Positions 1 to 12,766 are shown, counted from the stretch's first letter. The stretch is DNA of 64,000 nucleotides from Eledone cirrhosa (GCA_964016885.1 OZ024741.1:128960001-129024000); one strand, 5' to 3'. The notes: generated by a model from the sequence alone, not told the origin. Numbers and translations: made by a program.

Positions 1-178
1 CCTCATAAAAACGGACCCCCCAATAAAAAACGGACCCCATCCCAATAAAAACCGGACCCCCACCAATAAAAAAACGCCCCCCCCCCAATAAAAAAACGAT
101 TCCAAATACCCCCCCCCCTCCAAATAAAAAAACTGATCCCCCCATAAAAAACGGACCCCTCCCCCGAATAAAAAACAC
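1..178. repeat. Degenerate tandem repeat, unit about 27 bp (caataaaaaaacggacccc-like)
   Basis: A-run/C-run unit repeated about 6 times with variable homopolymer lengths; abuts the Helitron helicase Walker A. May partly be low-quality sequence. Confidence 0.6.
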
Positions 179-179
179 T

Positions 180-1386
180 CCTGGGGTTACCGGAAAAACT
201 TTTGTAACGAAATTGATTCGCGCTAAGATTCGTCAGGAGATAAAAGTTGCGTTGTCCGTTGCATCGTCCGGGATTGCTGCTACTTTGCTGCCGGGAGGCA
301 GGACAGCACATTCAACCTTTAAACTCCTCTTGGATTTAGTAAAAACTGAGACACCAACATGCAATATCGGCAAGAGTTCACACAAAGCTCTGGTTCTCAA
401 AAGATGTTACCTCATTGTTTGGGATGAGTGCACAATGGCACACAAGGGTGCCCTTGAGGCATTGGACGGGACCCTGAAAGACATTAGGGATTCTACGACT
501 CCTATGAGTGGCGTAACCCTTCTGCTATCAGAGGATTTTCGGCAAACGCTGCCTGTCATCCCCAAAGGGACAAGAGCTAATGAAGTGAGTGCCTGCCTTA
601 AGTCGTCCATGTTGTGGCTCCCGGTGAAGAGTTTGTACCTGAGCACAAAAATGCGTGCTCATTTGCATGGTGACAACATGTCTGCAGCATTTGCTCAGAA
701 CATTTTAGCACTTGGTGAGGGCAAGGTCCCTGCGCATGACAAGGGCGGCATAGCAATCGACTCCCTGTGCAACATTGTGAGCCGCCCTTCTGACCTTTGG
801 GAAGCAGTTTTTCCTGATGTCTCATCTAACTTTAAAAACCTCGATTGGCTCAGCGAAAGAGCCATCCTTGCTCCGAAAAATACCATGGTTAATTTTATTA
901 ATGAGCAGTTGATTGAGAAGATTCCCGGTAAAGAGCACATCTTCAAATCTATCGATTGGATGTCAGACCCTGACGATATCGTTAATTATCCAGTTGAGTT
1001 ATTAAATTCCCTTGAGACCCCAGGGCTCCCACCTCACATTCTTAAGCTTAGGGTTATGCTAATAAGGAACTTGCGTCCACCAAAGCAGTGCAACGGTACT
1101 CGCATGGTCGTCAAGTCACTGACACCCCACTTTTCATTCCAAGGATGAACCTTTTCCCATCGGCGTCAGATATCCCGTTCGATTTCCGGCGAGACCATGT
1201 TTTGCCATGTCCATTAACAAGTCACAAGGGCAAACATTGTTGGTGGCGGGCATCCATTTGGGGGAGCCATGCTTCTCCCATGGCCAACTTTATGTTGTCT
1301 GTTCCCGCGTAGGGAGCAGGAATGCACTTTTTGCTTACACTCCTCAAGGGATGACAGGCAATATCGTCTACAAAGAGGTGCTATAG
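180..1386 (+). pseudogene. Helitron RepHel PIF1-like helicase domain, frameshifted
   Basis: Walker A PGVTGKTF starts at 180, upstream of and in frame with ORF 213-1148. Motifs ASSGIAA, GGRTAHS, IVWDECTM, DFRQTLPV and NGTR are present. After a deletion and frameshifts near 1120-1200, MSINKSQGQT and FSHGQLYV..SR continue to TAG at 1384-1386. Confidence 0.9.
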
Positions 1387-1571
1387 ATGTTGGTGTTGGA
1401 GCTATGCCGTCTGGAACACTATTTCCTGGTAGGGTATCCCATGGCGGACAGATCTGACACCCAGCGGCATCAAGCCACGTTTAGCTGTATTCGCTTTCAA
1501 GCCACGTTTAGCTGTATGTAACTTTTGAAAGCAAATGAACAAACCCGAGCAACGCCGGACTAAACTGCTAG
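180..1571 (+). mobile_element. 5'-truncated autonomous-type Helitron (helicase half plus 3' terminus)
   Basis: PIF1-type helicase coding region followed by the GC-rich subterminal hairpin cccgagcaacgccgg (1544-1558) and a CTAG|T terminus at 1568-1571. Confidence 0.9.
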
Positions 1572-2239
1572 TATATTTATATATATATACATACACATAC
1601 ACACATATATGTTTGTGTGTCTATATGTTTGTGTGTCTATATATGTGTGTTTGCATACACTAAGCTTTAGATTTAGTAGAATGTACAACCACTGATTCCA
1701 GCTATTTGCACTATCATATATTTGGGTTTCTAGTAATTCCCTGGGGAATTGGTTGACCAAATGCTTTGCTTAATTGTTTTATTTATTTATTTTTTTTATT
1801 TTATTCTTTCTCTTAGATTTCAGGGGTTTTTTTAAAGCAAAGCATTGGCCCCTAAAATACTACAGTGGGCCCTGCAATGCTACTGTGGGCTCTTGCAATG
1901 CTTCCATTGGGCAACCTGGCAACCTGGCCAGTCTGCCACTGTATATATATATATATAATATAATTATTGATGTTTGGAAAGTATCCATCAATAGAAATTA
2001 TACCAAAAATGGAATGGTTTCAAGTGAAACATAGTTTTAGGACCATTTTCCCTGCTCAGATGGGTTGGATGAAAGTTATTGAGTCAGAATTCTACAGGTG
2101 GATGCCCTTCCTATCACCAACCACTTTACAGAGTGTACTGGGTGCATATTATAATGCTTTCTTTATTTAATAATAATGCTTTCTTTATTCTGGGTGCATA
2201 TTATAATGACACCACTTGTATGTCATGGGTTTCCATGCA

Positions 2240-2590
2240 CAGACACATACACACCCACACACATGTGAACACACACACACACATATTTACACGCATGTTA
2301 CACACAAACATATTCACATACACACACACACACACACGTTCACACACACACAGACACACAAACATGTTCACACATGAACATGTTCACAAACATGGACACA
2401 CACATATTCACACATGTTCACACAGACACACACACATACACGTGGGCACACACACACATGTGCACACTCACGCACATGTTTACACACAAACACACATACA
2501 CACACTCACATGTTCACATCCCTTCACACACACGTTCTCTCTTGGATACACGGCACACTCACACACACACATGTGCATACACACAGCACA
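2240..2590. repeat. Degenerate (CA)n-rich microsatellite tract
   Basis: CA/CAT repeats; explains the His/Thr-rich ORFs. Confidence 0.85.
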
Positions 2591-2634
2591 AAAATTGATA
2601 TAAGGAAAGAAGTTAATGATGATTCTGTACTTAC

Positions 2635-2739
2635 TGAAAATATAGTTAAGCCATTGGATGGTATTGGTGCATTGATATCATAATGTAGCCGTTCTATTAG
2701 ATCAATGACTGCTTCTGTATGTCCTGGGTGGTAAGCTGT
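2635..2739 (-). CDS. Exon of minus-strand host gene, ankyrin-repeat-like (TAYHPGHTEAVIDLIERLHYDINAPIPSNGLTIFS)
   Basis: Acceptor cccctctatag|, donor |gtaagt, 105 bp, phase 0-0, open frame. GHxExVxxLx...DIN...G.T pattern matches the ankyrin repeat consensus. Confidence 0.75.
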
Positions 2740-4269
2740 CTATAGAGGGGTTAAACCATCTTTTAGAAATATGTTGATTACTTACTTATATATATATGTA
2801 TGTGTGTGTGTGTGTGTGGAACACATTTGTATGTGGACATGTTTGTGTATGAACATGTATGTGTATGAACATGTTTGTGGGTGAACATGTGTGACGTGTA
2901 TATGTGTGTATACATACACATTTACTGGTTTCAGTCAGCCATACTGTGGGACCAACTGAAAGGGTTTAATCAATCATGTTGACCCCAGGACTTATTTTTA
3001 AAAACCTGGTGCTTATTTTATCACTGTCTATTTACTGAACCACCATATGGTGGATTTCAGAAATGAATTGAAAAATGAAAAGAGATGGTTATGTATGGTG
3101 GTCAATGTTAATTCAAAAAATTGTGTGGCAGCTGATGGTCAAAGAGATAGAGTGGGTGGTGGGATGTGTGTGTGTGTATCTCAATAAAGAAGAAATTCAG
3201 GGTGGCAGACAGAATTTAAAGAATGAACAAGAATTTAAAAGAAATGGGAAATTCGGGGTCATAAATATATATTGTGTGTTAGTGTGTGAGCTATTTCTAG
3301 TATTACCACTTACCACTTTCATCTTATCAAATGTTATAATTTTATTTTTATTCTGCACGTGGCCTGAGCAATAGTTGGCCTCTCATTTTTAGAGAACTAA
3401 TATTTTTCTAGAATTTCAAGATGTCTGCTAATGATTGCAGCTCTTGGCTTCACCATTTGCTGATGTTAATCAACAGTAAATGTTGATTTTTGTTGCATGA
3501 TAGGCCTTATAAAAACATAGAGGCAATGTAAGTATAATACTTATTGTGTCTCTATGTTTTTTTTTAACCTAATTAGATTTTTCTCTGTAAAATATTAGAT
3601 ATATGGTTTCCTATCATATTGGCAGTGTGCAAAGCTCTGAGGTCTTGGATTTTTAGCTCTAATTCTCTCATAAAGCTATCACAGAGACACATGATAGTTA
3701 TATATCATATAAACAATCTCTTTTGATATATACACATACATACATACATACCCAAATACTCCTGTTAAATCCCTTTCTCCTAATTTGCTATATTCACCCT
3801 CTCTCAGTTTTCACAGTACTCCACTGGTCTACATAACAGGTGATATCTTGGGATATGTTAAATTTTCACCACCCTCTCCAGTATTCATTGCTTAATGCTG
3901 CCCACATAAAGAGAGGTACCTTTAGTTCTATATATATTCAAACACACCCTCTGTCTCCAGACTTATAGTTCTTCCCCCACCATTCCTCTGCTTGCAACCC
4001 CTTCTAAGTTGCCAGCCACCTCCATCTCCTCATCACTTCTTGCAACATCCACTGGCCAACACTTGTTCTCTCTCTCCCTCTAAATAACAAATAGTTAGCT
4101 AACATTGCTCACACCACAGTGCCTCTGCTATATTCCTCCATTTCTGTCTCTCTTTGTTCTGCTGAAGACAATAGTCTCTCTAGTGTACTGTAATGATCAT
4201 AGGCCCAATGCTCTGACTCACGAAAAGAAAACCATATTAAAATGAATCACTACACCTCCAAAAAATGAA

Positions 4270-4497
4270 AAAAATATAGAAGATGTAGTATGCTCGAGCA
4301 GAGAAAACAATTACAATTACAGTCAGTTACTATAAGCTAGCTTATAAAAATCAGGTAAAGACAGAAAAAAAATGTTGCCAGCAGGGCCACTGGCTACATT
4401 TTTCCGTTTTTAAGGGTCCTTACCTGATTTTTTATAAGCTAGCTTATAGCAACTGACTGTAATTGTAATTATTTTCTGTGCTTGAGCATCCAACATC
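4270..4497. repeat. Imperfect palindromic (hairpin) element, interrupted by the RTE insertion; right arm resumes at 7792-7810
   Basis: Arms of about 110 bp (gctcgagcagagaaaacaattacaattacagtcagtt... / ...aactgactgtaattgtaattattttctgtgcttgagc) around a short loop at about 4380-4390. Confidence 0.8.
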
Positions 4498-7400
4498 ATC
4501 ATCATCATTTTACGTCCGCTTTTCCCTGCTTGCAAGGGTGGGACGGGTCTTATTCAGCACAGCATCTCTCCACTCGTCACGGTCCCTCGTCATCTCCACC
4601 GTGAGCTTCAATGATCTGAGGTCTGTTCTCACCACCTCCGCCCATGTTTTTCGTGGTCTACCTCTACTACGTCTTCCTTCAACTGGCATTTCCTGGCACT
4701 TCTTCACCCATCGGTCATCCTCCATGCGCATCACATGTCCATACCACCTCAGTCTCCTCTCCCGTACACTACATTCTATCCCTCTCAGACACAGTTTCTC
4801 TCTCAACACATTTATGCTGGGTCGTTCATGCACATTTACACTGCACATCCAACGGAGCATGCTTGCCTCATTTCTCTCCAGCCGTCGCATATCTTCTGCG
4901 GTAGCTGCCCATGTCTCACTACCATGCAGCATCGCGCTCCTCACACAGGCATCATACAACCGGCCTTTCGTACGCAGGGAGAAACCCTTCTTCGTCAACA
5001 GAGGAAGCAGCTCCCTAAACTTCTTCCAACCCGTCCTTATTCTAGATACTATGGCCTCGGAACACCCTCCTCCCATGCTAATCTGATCTCCTAGGTACCG
5101 GAAGCTATCCACCACTTCTATAGCGCCCTCTCGCATTTGAAAAATGTGTCTATCAGTGCGACTTCTACTGTCTAATTTCCCTGTACATCTACTGCATACA
5201 TATTTCTCCCTACCTGTTAGTTTGCCTGCTATCCCGCTACATCTCTTGTGTACCCAGGACCTACATTGTGTGCATTTTATAGAATTTATGCCAGTTCCTT
5301 TTCTGCATATCGAACATGGCCATTTCCCTGACGGAATCAGGGTTTTGTCCTCTTTTCTACTCATCAACACTTTTGTCTTAGCTAGATTTACTCTCAGTCC
5401 TCTTGCTTCCAACTGCTGTTTCCATAGCCGGAATTTATTCTCTAGCTCCTCTACTGATTCTGCCATAAGAGCCAGATCGTCAGCATAGAGAAGTTCCCAT
5501 GGGCAGCCAGTCTTAAACTCCTCTGTTATGGCTTGGAGGACTATAATGAACAAGAGCGGGCTGAGGACCGAACCCTGATGTACTCCTACTTGTATCTGGA
5601 ATTCCTCACTAAACTCCATTCCTACCCTGACTTTACTGAGAGTACCTCTGTACAAAGTTTGCACTGTCCTTACAAGCCATTCCTCAACACCCAGCTTCCT
5701 TAGGGACCACCAGATGACAGATCGGGGTACCCTATCAAAGGCCTTCTCTAGGTCAACAAAGGCCAAGTATAGTGGCTTATTCTTCTCTAAGAACCTCTCT
5801 TGCATTTGTCTCACCAAGAAGAGGGCATCTGTTGTACTCTTCCCAGGCACAAAACCAAACTGCATCTCATCTAGTTTGACCCTTTCTCTAATTAGTTGTG
5901 CTAAAATCCTTTCTGCCACTTTCATAACCTGATCTATCAGTTTTATACCCCTATAATTGCTCCTCTCCAAAGCATCCCCTTTACCTTTGTAGCAATTTAT
6001 GAGAATACTGCTGCACCAGTCTTTGGGTATGACACCACCATATATAGCCTGATTGATTATGCGTGCAACCAGTTTAGTGCCTACGTCCCCTGATGCCTTC
6101 AGCATCTCAGCAACTATTCCCGATGGTCCGGCCGCCTTACCATTTTTCATTTCCCTAATCGCCTCTTGAACCCTATATTCGTCAATCTCAATAGCTGGTC
6201 CCTCTGTCGGATCTACCAAGGGTAATTTCTCTCTCTCCCATTCGTTCTCCACATTCATCAGTCTCTCATAATGACATTTCCAGGCCTCCTTTTTCTGGTC
6301 ATTCGTGACACTAAGTACACCGGCATCATCCCGGACACATTTATCACCAACAACATCCTGATTTGCATTGACACACTGCCTTGCAATGTGGAACACCGCA
6401 CGCCTCTGATCTTCCCGTCGCAGAACATTGGCAAACCTCCTACTCTCTGCCTCCCTGCGTGCTAAGTACACCTGACGTCTAGCTTCTCTCTTAGTGGCTG
6501 TATATTCTTCCCTACTCCCACCCTTATTCCAAGCCTTCCATGCTAGTCTTTTGTCTCTAATAGCCTTATCTACACTGCTGTTCCACCACCAGGTCACTCT
6601 CTGTCTGGTTGGGGCTCTGCTCCAGCCACAAGTTTCATCAGTAGCCTTCAGCAAGTTGTCACGTAAGAACTTCCAGTTATTATCTATGTCATACGTCTCT
6701 AAATCGTCTTCTTTTTCGTCATATACATCTTGAAGGGCTTTCCTAAATTTGAATTTTAGTGAAAGGTCTTTTAGCTTCCAGACCTTTCTTCTCCACACCT
6801 TCCTATATGGCTCATTCCATCTCTTGCTTACTGAGATATCACTAACAACTAACCTATGCTGTGGGGTACATTCTTCCCCAGGGTATGCCTTGGTATTAGA
6901 CACTATCTGCCTGTCCCGCTGCCTAACTAGCAGGAAGTCAATCTGGCTTATGTGCTCACCAGATTTGTAGGTTATTAGGTGATTGGCAGGTTTCTGGAAG
7001 TTTGTGTTGCAAATAGTCAATGTACTTGCATCACAAAATTCAAGAAGTCTCACTCCTTCTTCATTTCTTGAACCGTAACCATGCCCACCATGTACCCCAG
7101 TGTAACCATCCTGGAGCTGTCCAACATGACCATTGAAGTCTCCTGCTAGCATAACGATGTCTCCGTCCTCTGTCATTGTGGTTGTTTGCAAAAGTTGCTC
7201 ATAAAAGCAGTCTTTCTCATCTTTGCCTAGGCCTGCTTGGGGAGCATAGACCGAGATGATTGTCAGTAGTCTCCTACCTACAACTAATCTAAGCTTAATT
7301 ATTCGATTACTAACTCAAACTACCTCTATTGTCTTATTGATCCATTTCTCAGCCAGGAAAATGCCTACTCCCCCTAACCCATCATCCTTACCTACCCAGA

Positions 7401-7791
7401 ATAGCTTATAGCTAAGACGCTTGCCTACGACTAGTCTCGCAGAGGCACCTCTCCATCTCACCTCTTGCACGCAGCACACATCCACCTGCCTTCTCTCCAG
7501 CATCTCCGCTATTTCAGCAGATCTACCTCTGAGAGTGCCAACATTAAGTGTTGCAACTCTGAGATGCGACGTCTTCATATTTTTTTCTATGCTGTTTTGT
7601 TGCTGTGCTGATAAGCTTTTTGGCATTGATACACTGGTTGGATGCCCTTCCTAACACCAGCGCCACTTTACAGCATGGACTGGGTGCTTTTATTTGTGCC
7701 ACCAGCACTAGAGAGGATGTCTTACTAGACTCAAGGGCCCTCTCTACCCCTCCATTTTACAGCATGGTCATTTAAAAAAAAAAAAAAAAAA
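4498..7791 (-). mobile_element. Near full-length RTE-clade LINE with 7-bp TSD CAACATC
   Basis: APE endonuclease plus RT ORF, (GAT)n 3' tail, and CAACATC at 4491-4497 and 7792-7798. Confidence 0.92.
4510..7626 (-). pseudogene. RTE ORF (APE endonuclease, RT, Cys-rich PHD-like insert) with one in-frame TGA at 7315-7317
   Basis: ORFs 7315-7626 and 4510-7191 share a frame (offset 435 nt) and the sequence between them is open. Motifs TLNVGT, VQEVRW, YAPQ, GDFNGHVG, IDFLL, DLEKAFD, QGSVLSP and YADD. Confidence 0.92.
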
Positions 7792-7888
7792 CAACATCTT
7801 CTATAAATTTATTTCCCCTACTTCATAAGTTCAAATGTTTGAGCGTTACACAGGATGTTTGCTTGAAAAAATGATATATTTTACATAC

Positions 7889-7977
7889 CTTACACAAATC
7901 ATATATATTCAGTTTATATGGATTCTTAAAACTGCTTTCTTTGTTTGTTAATTCAGTATAGAAAGATTTTTTAACTT
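7889..7977 (-). CDS. Exon of minus-strand host gene (KVKKSFYTELTNKESSFKNPYKLNIYDLCK)
   Basis: Acceptor catcttttacag|, donor AAG|gtatgt, 89 bp, phase 1 to 0; open in exactly the frame needed to link exons 8505-8666 and 2635-2739. Confidence 0.7.
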
Positions 7978-8087
7978 CTGTAAAAGATGAACACTTCATT
8001 ACACATAAAACATTTTAAATATAGATGGATCTCACGTAGAATTGAAGCTTGCATGCTCCAATGGATGTGTAATAATAATATACAGGA

Positions 8088-8282
8088 ATAGCAAAGCGTA
8101 AATGAACTAAGTGAGCAATTGGACATAAGAGGGATCAGATGCAGTGTGCAGGAGAGGATATTGCAATGGTATGGACATGTGATGCATATGAAGGATGACA
8201 GCTGTATAAAAGGTGTAGGACACTCAAGATTGATGGAAGCTACGAAGTAGGAAGATCTAGGAAGACTTGGTATGAGGTGATA
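8088..8282 (+). mobile_element. Old RTE 3' fragment
   Basis: Similar to the RTE C-terminal region (RERRLRWYGHV-like: caggagaggatattgcaatggtatggacatgtgatg). Confidence 0.7.
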
Positions 8283-8504
8283 AAAGTTTCCCTTTTATGT
8301 GTGTGTGTGTTGTGTGTGCATGTGTGAAAAAATGTGACACCTGAAAATAATTACAGAATAAAAATCAAGAAAAGCTAAGAAGGTATGATATAATTTAAAA
8401 AAATTTAATTTAAAACCTTGAAACTCGAAAATTGTAATAAATAAACAAATAAAAAGAATAAAAAATGAGAAACAGAGTTTAAGAATGTTTCTCTTAGTAC
8501 TTAC

Positions 8505-8666
8505 TTGTATGCCGTTTTCTTCTGAGAATTATTACTGCAATGATTATGAACAGAATAATACTCCAAAACCAGAATTGGTTAATTAATGAAAGAACAACTT
8601 TCATTCCATTATTTTTGATCTCGTCAAGTTGCAGCTGTTCCGAACATGATGATATAGCAGACATGG
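8505..8666 (-). CDS. Exon of minus-strand host gene encoding a transmembrane helix and basic stop-transfer motif
   Basis: Acceptor ttttcctatttgtcag|, donor AA|gtaagt, 162 bp, phase 1-1. Encodes AMSAISSCSEQLQLDEIKNNGMKVVLSLINQFWFWSIILFIIIAVIILRRKRHT. Confidence 0.75.
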
Positions 8667-8956
8667 CTGACAAATAGGAAAACAATTAAATAATGTTACA
8701 TCATCATCATAATCATCGTTGTTGTCATAATCATTGTCATCATCTCTTTTTTTTTTGTTTATTTGTTTGTTTGTTTTTCAAGGAAGGAAGAGCAGTGACC
8801 ATGAACTTTTTCAGGATCTCTGAAATTGGTTGCAAGGAGTGAGGAAAAGTATTCTCAAAGCAGAGATCTGATCTAAATGCTTGCAATAGCATAGATTTCA
8901 TTAACCTTTTCATGACTGCATTTCTAATGAAAATATATTCTATTGCAATTAATTAT

Positions 8957-9168
8957 CCCTTTAGCATTTGCATTACTCAACATTTACTATTGTATTTTCA
9001 CAGTAAAGGCTTTACTCTGTATAATTATCTCACATGACATCGAATTTATGAGATTTTGATGTTATATATTTTGAGAACAATACCGTAACATTGGTGTGAG
9101 TGGCCAGTTTGAACAGAAAGAGGTGAGAAAATTCTGGCCAGATTATGACCGGTTTAAATGCTAAAGGG
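8957..9168. mobile_element. piggyBac-like MITE
   Basis: 13-bp TIRs CCCTTTAGCATTT / AAATGCTAAAGGG, flanked by ttat (left) and ttaa (right), i.e. a near-TTAA target site. Confidence 0.65.
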
Positions 9169-10194
9169 TTAATGAAGAATTTTGAGGGATTTACTAAAAT
9201 AACTAATTATTTAATTACTAAGATAGTAACTTAATGTAAGGTTTTTATATAAAATTATGTTGGAAGATTTAAATTTAAATTGGAATCCTTTAAAATGGGT
9301 GATTTTATTTCATAGAACCAGAGCCAGTTTTGGCCAGGTTGGTAACTACAGGGTTAAAGGAACACAAGGTGGTGAACTGGGTGACAGATTAAGCCTACCA
9401 CATAAGCAAGCCACAATGGGATTTGATCTCAGAACAGAAAAACCAGAGAAAATACTGCAAACATCCTGAGAGATAGAGAGTGGGGGGGAGGGGGGATTTA
9501 CCTGTATTAATATAAACTGTAAGGGCATCTTGTAGACTGCCATCTTTCAAAAATTCCATGTTACCTTAACCAATTTCTATGAGAAAAGGAAAAGCAAATA
9601 CTTCTTTATTAATCACATATAAACATGCACACTTAACTAATACTCACCTCTTTTAATTCTTCAAATCCCTCTCCTAGTGCCATTTACCTTGAAAGAACAG
9701 AGATTGCTTAATGTGAAGGGGTCACCTTAGATTTGCAGTGGACAGGGTAACTTCTCTAGTGTTGGTGCTATGATAAAATGCACTCAGTTCATACTGTAAA
9801 GTGGCTGGTTGACCATCAAATGGAGAGAATATAATGTAAAGAGGACTCTTTTGTCTTGTTAAGGACATGGCAACCTCTCCAGTGCTGGTGGTATGTTAAA
9901 ATGCACCCAGTATACTCTGTAAAGTGGTTGGTGTTGTGAAGGAGAGCTAACCATAACCACCAGTCTGAATATGGTATGTACAAATATGACATGACTTTTG
10001 GCATGAATGAAACCATTTTAGAACATTTGCCCACAACATTAGTTCATCTTACTTTTAATTGTATATAGAATTCAAGCCAAACATCTGTGAAATATATATA
10101 TGTGACGGTCAATATTCAATAAAAGCATTTTAAATTAAAACTACATTAAATCATACTTAATATTATATATATTTGTTTTTCTATGCTTGCATAT

Positions 10195-11535
10195 GGATCT
10201 TTTTCCAGCAAAGCTTTCCTCCACTTATGTTCCTTCATCTCATGTGTGAGGTTCAGAGTTTTGAGACCAGCTGTCACCACTTCTGCCCATGTCTTTCTCT
10301 ATAAGCTTCTTTTCACTGGGATCTCTTGGCACTTCTTCATTCAATGATCATCATCCATATGCATCATGTGTCCATACCAGCACACTCTTCTCTCTAGCAC
10401 ATTACATCTGAATCCTCTAATGCTCACTTTTTCCTTCAGCTTAACCATGTGTCACCATTGATGCACATTCCTCAAAGTATGTTTGACCCATTTCTGTCCA
10501 ACCTTCACAAATATAACTGCATCCACTGCCATATCTCACTACCATGCTGCATCACACTTCTCATGTAAGCATTAGACAGCCTGCATTTTGCTTGAAGAGA
10601 GAAACTCCTTGTTGTCAATCGGTGTAGTATCTCCTGGAACTTTTTCCAACACGTTTTAATCTAGCTATTGTATTTTCAGAGCAGTCTCCTCCACTGCTAA
10701 CTATGTTACTTATGTAATAGAAGCTATCAAGTACTTCTATGGTACTTTCCTAGAATTGGATAAAGTTTATTTTACATGTGCTCTTACTAACAACTATTCC
10801 CCTATGCATCTGCTACATACACAGTTTACATTTTCTGTTACCCTGGCTTCTATCCTACTATACGTCATGTATCAGAGTTCCTATCAATTCCTTTTCTACA
10901 TATTAAGCATGACAATTTCTTTGAAGGTATTGGAGTCTTGTTTACTTTCCTTCTTACTAAAAATTAGGTCTTTGCTAGGTTTATTTTGAGTTCTTTTGAT
11001 TCTAAGTCCTGTTTCCACAACAAACATTTCTTCTCTAGTACTTTCTCAGATTTGACAATAAGAACCAAATTATCAGCATACTGAAGTTTTCATGGACAGC
11101 TAGTCTTTTCCTGGAGAACTATAGAACTATAAAAAACGGTTGACTGAGGACAGAGCCCTGATGAAAACATATCTGAACATTGAATTCCTCACTAAACTCA
11201 TTATCTACTCTCACTTTACTGAAGTTTTCATGGACAACTAGTCTTTTCCTGGAGAACTATAGAACTATAAAAAACGGTTGACTGAGGACAGAGCCCTGAT
11301 GAAAACATATCTGAACATTGAATTCCTCACTAAACTCATTATCTACTCTCACTTTACTGACAGCACCTCAGTACATGGCTTGCACTGCTTTCACAAGCCA
11401 TTCATCTATTCCTCAAGGACCACCAAATATCAGATCATGGTATTTTGTCAAAGACCATCTGCAGATCAACAAAACGGAAGTGCAGCAACTTAGGCATAGC
11501 TAGAAACCTCTCTTGTATCTGTCTTATTAAGAACC
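10195..11535 (-). mobile_element. Degenerate older RTE copy (RT to 3' region)
   Basis: Colinear similarity to about 4600-5830, e.g. aattatcagcata (YAD-like) and tcttggcacttcttcattcaatgatcatc; many stops. Confidence 0.75.
11083..11359. repeat. Tandem duplication of about 138 bp inside the old RTE
   Basis: gaagttttcatggaca...ctcactttact occurs twice, nearly identical (11083-11220 and 11221-11359). Confidence 0.85.
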
Positions 11536-11599
<64 letters not shown>

Positions 11600-12416
11600 C
11601 CCATGCTAGCGTGGAAGAATGGACATAAAACGGTGATGATGATGATGATATATATATAAACAAATAATAAAAAGGAAAAAAAAATTTTTCAGTAGAAAAT
11701 GCTGGAGAGATTTATAATATCAAAACATTTATTTATAAAGTGGGTACTTCCGCATTTAATAATGGTACCGGTTTCAGCATTATATGCTTTTTTAAACTGC
11801 GGATGTGCATAATGCAGTTAAGTTGCATATCTATACGAATAATAAAAAGGGGAAGAAAAAGTATTAGTTTTTACAATCATATTTAGAGAGGAAAGTTCAT
11901 ATCTCTGTCTGTGGTTGTCCTTCGTTCTCTGTTAGTTGGCTAACAGTAATAGTTTTAATTTTTTATATATGTATATATTTAATATATGGATTATAATATA
12001 TATCATCATCATCATATCATCATCATCGTCATCATTTTAGTTCCATGCTGGCATGGGTTTGACAGGTTGTCATGGCCTGAGACTAGACTGGTTGGGGAAC
12101 CAAGTCTTTTTCATACATTCTATATTTTGGCATAGTTTATACAACTGGATGATGATACATGTATGTGTGTGAGTGTATGTATGCATGTATGTCTATTCGT
12201 CTGTATGTATGTATATATGGATGTGCATTGTAAGCATAAATACACACACACACACATATATATATACCATATTTCCTACTTTTTTCCTAAAATAAGTCTC
12301 AAAAATCTACCATGCATCCTGGAGGCTGAAGGTTGTCTATTATTTTTTTCAAATTTTTGGTTGTTAAAATTAGGGTACGTCCTCGAGGACGAAGAGCCTT
12401 TGGCGCCAGGAAATAT

Positions 12417-12766
12417 GGAGGCACATGGCTTAGTGGTTAGAGCATTGGTCTTGCAATTGAAAGGTTGTGAATTCAATTCTCAGACCGGGCGATGTGTTGT
12501 TTCCTTGAGCAAGACACTTTATTTCACATTGCTCCTGTTTACTCAGCTGTAGAAATGAGATGATAGGGACTGGGGTCCTAACATCTCATTTCAGCCCACA
12601 CTGTAAAGTAGACGTGTAGGCGCCACGGAAAAAAAAAGCACCCAGCACTCACTATAAATGAGGTTGGTGTTAGGAAGGGCATCTATATAGAAATCAAGCC
12701 AAAATCAGTTCCCATCCCACCCTTGCAAGCAGGGAAAAGCGGGCGTAAAATGATGATGATGATGAT
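12417..12766 (+). mobile_element. tRNA-derived SINE with CORE/V-like body and RTE-derived tail
   Basis: A-box tggcttagtgg, B-box-like gaattcaattc, body tccttgagcaagacact; 3' end cccacccttgcaagcagggaaaagcgggcgtaaaa(tga)n is almost identical to the RTE 3' end. Confidence 0.85.

Noticed and set aside
3-311. 102-aa Gly/Phe-rich ORF
   Set aside because: Product of the low-complexity repeat at the window start plus antisense helicase sequence.
3320-3530. Splice-like signals on both strands suggesting an exon
   Set aside because: All frames tested contain stops; the neighbouring exons join without it.
4478-5488. Plus-strand ORFs overlapping the RTE, and similar antisense ORFs over the Penelope, Tx1 and CRE elements
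   Set aside because: Antisense shadows of coding sequence with no recognisable motifs.
12417-12490. tRNA-like heads here and in the other SINE copies as tRNA genes
   Set aside because: No acceptor stem, and they continue into SINE bodies.
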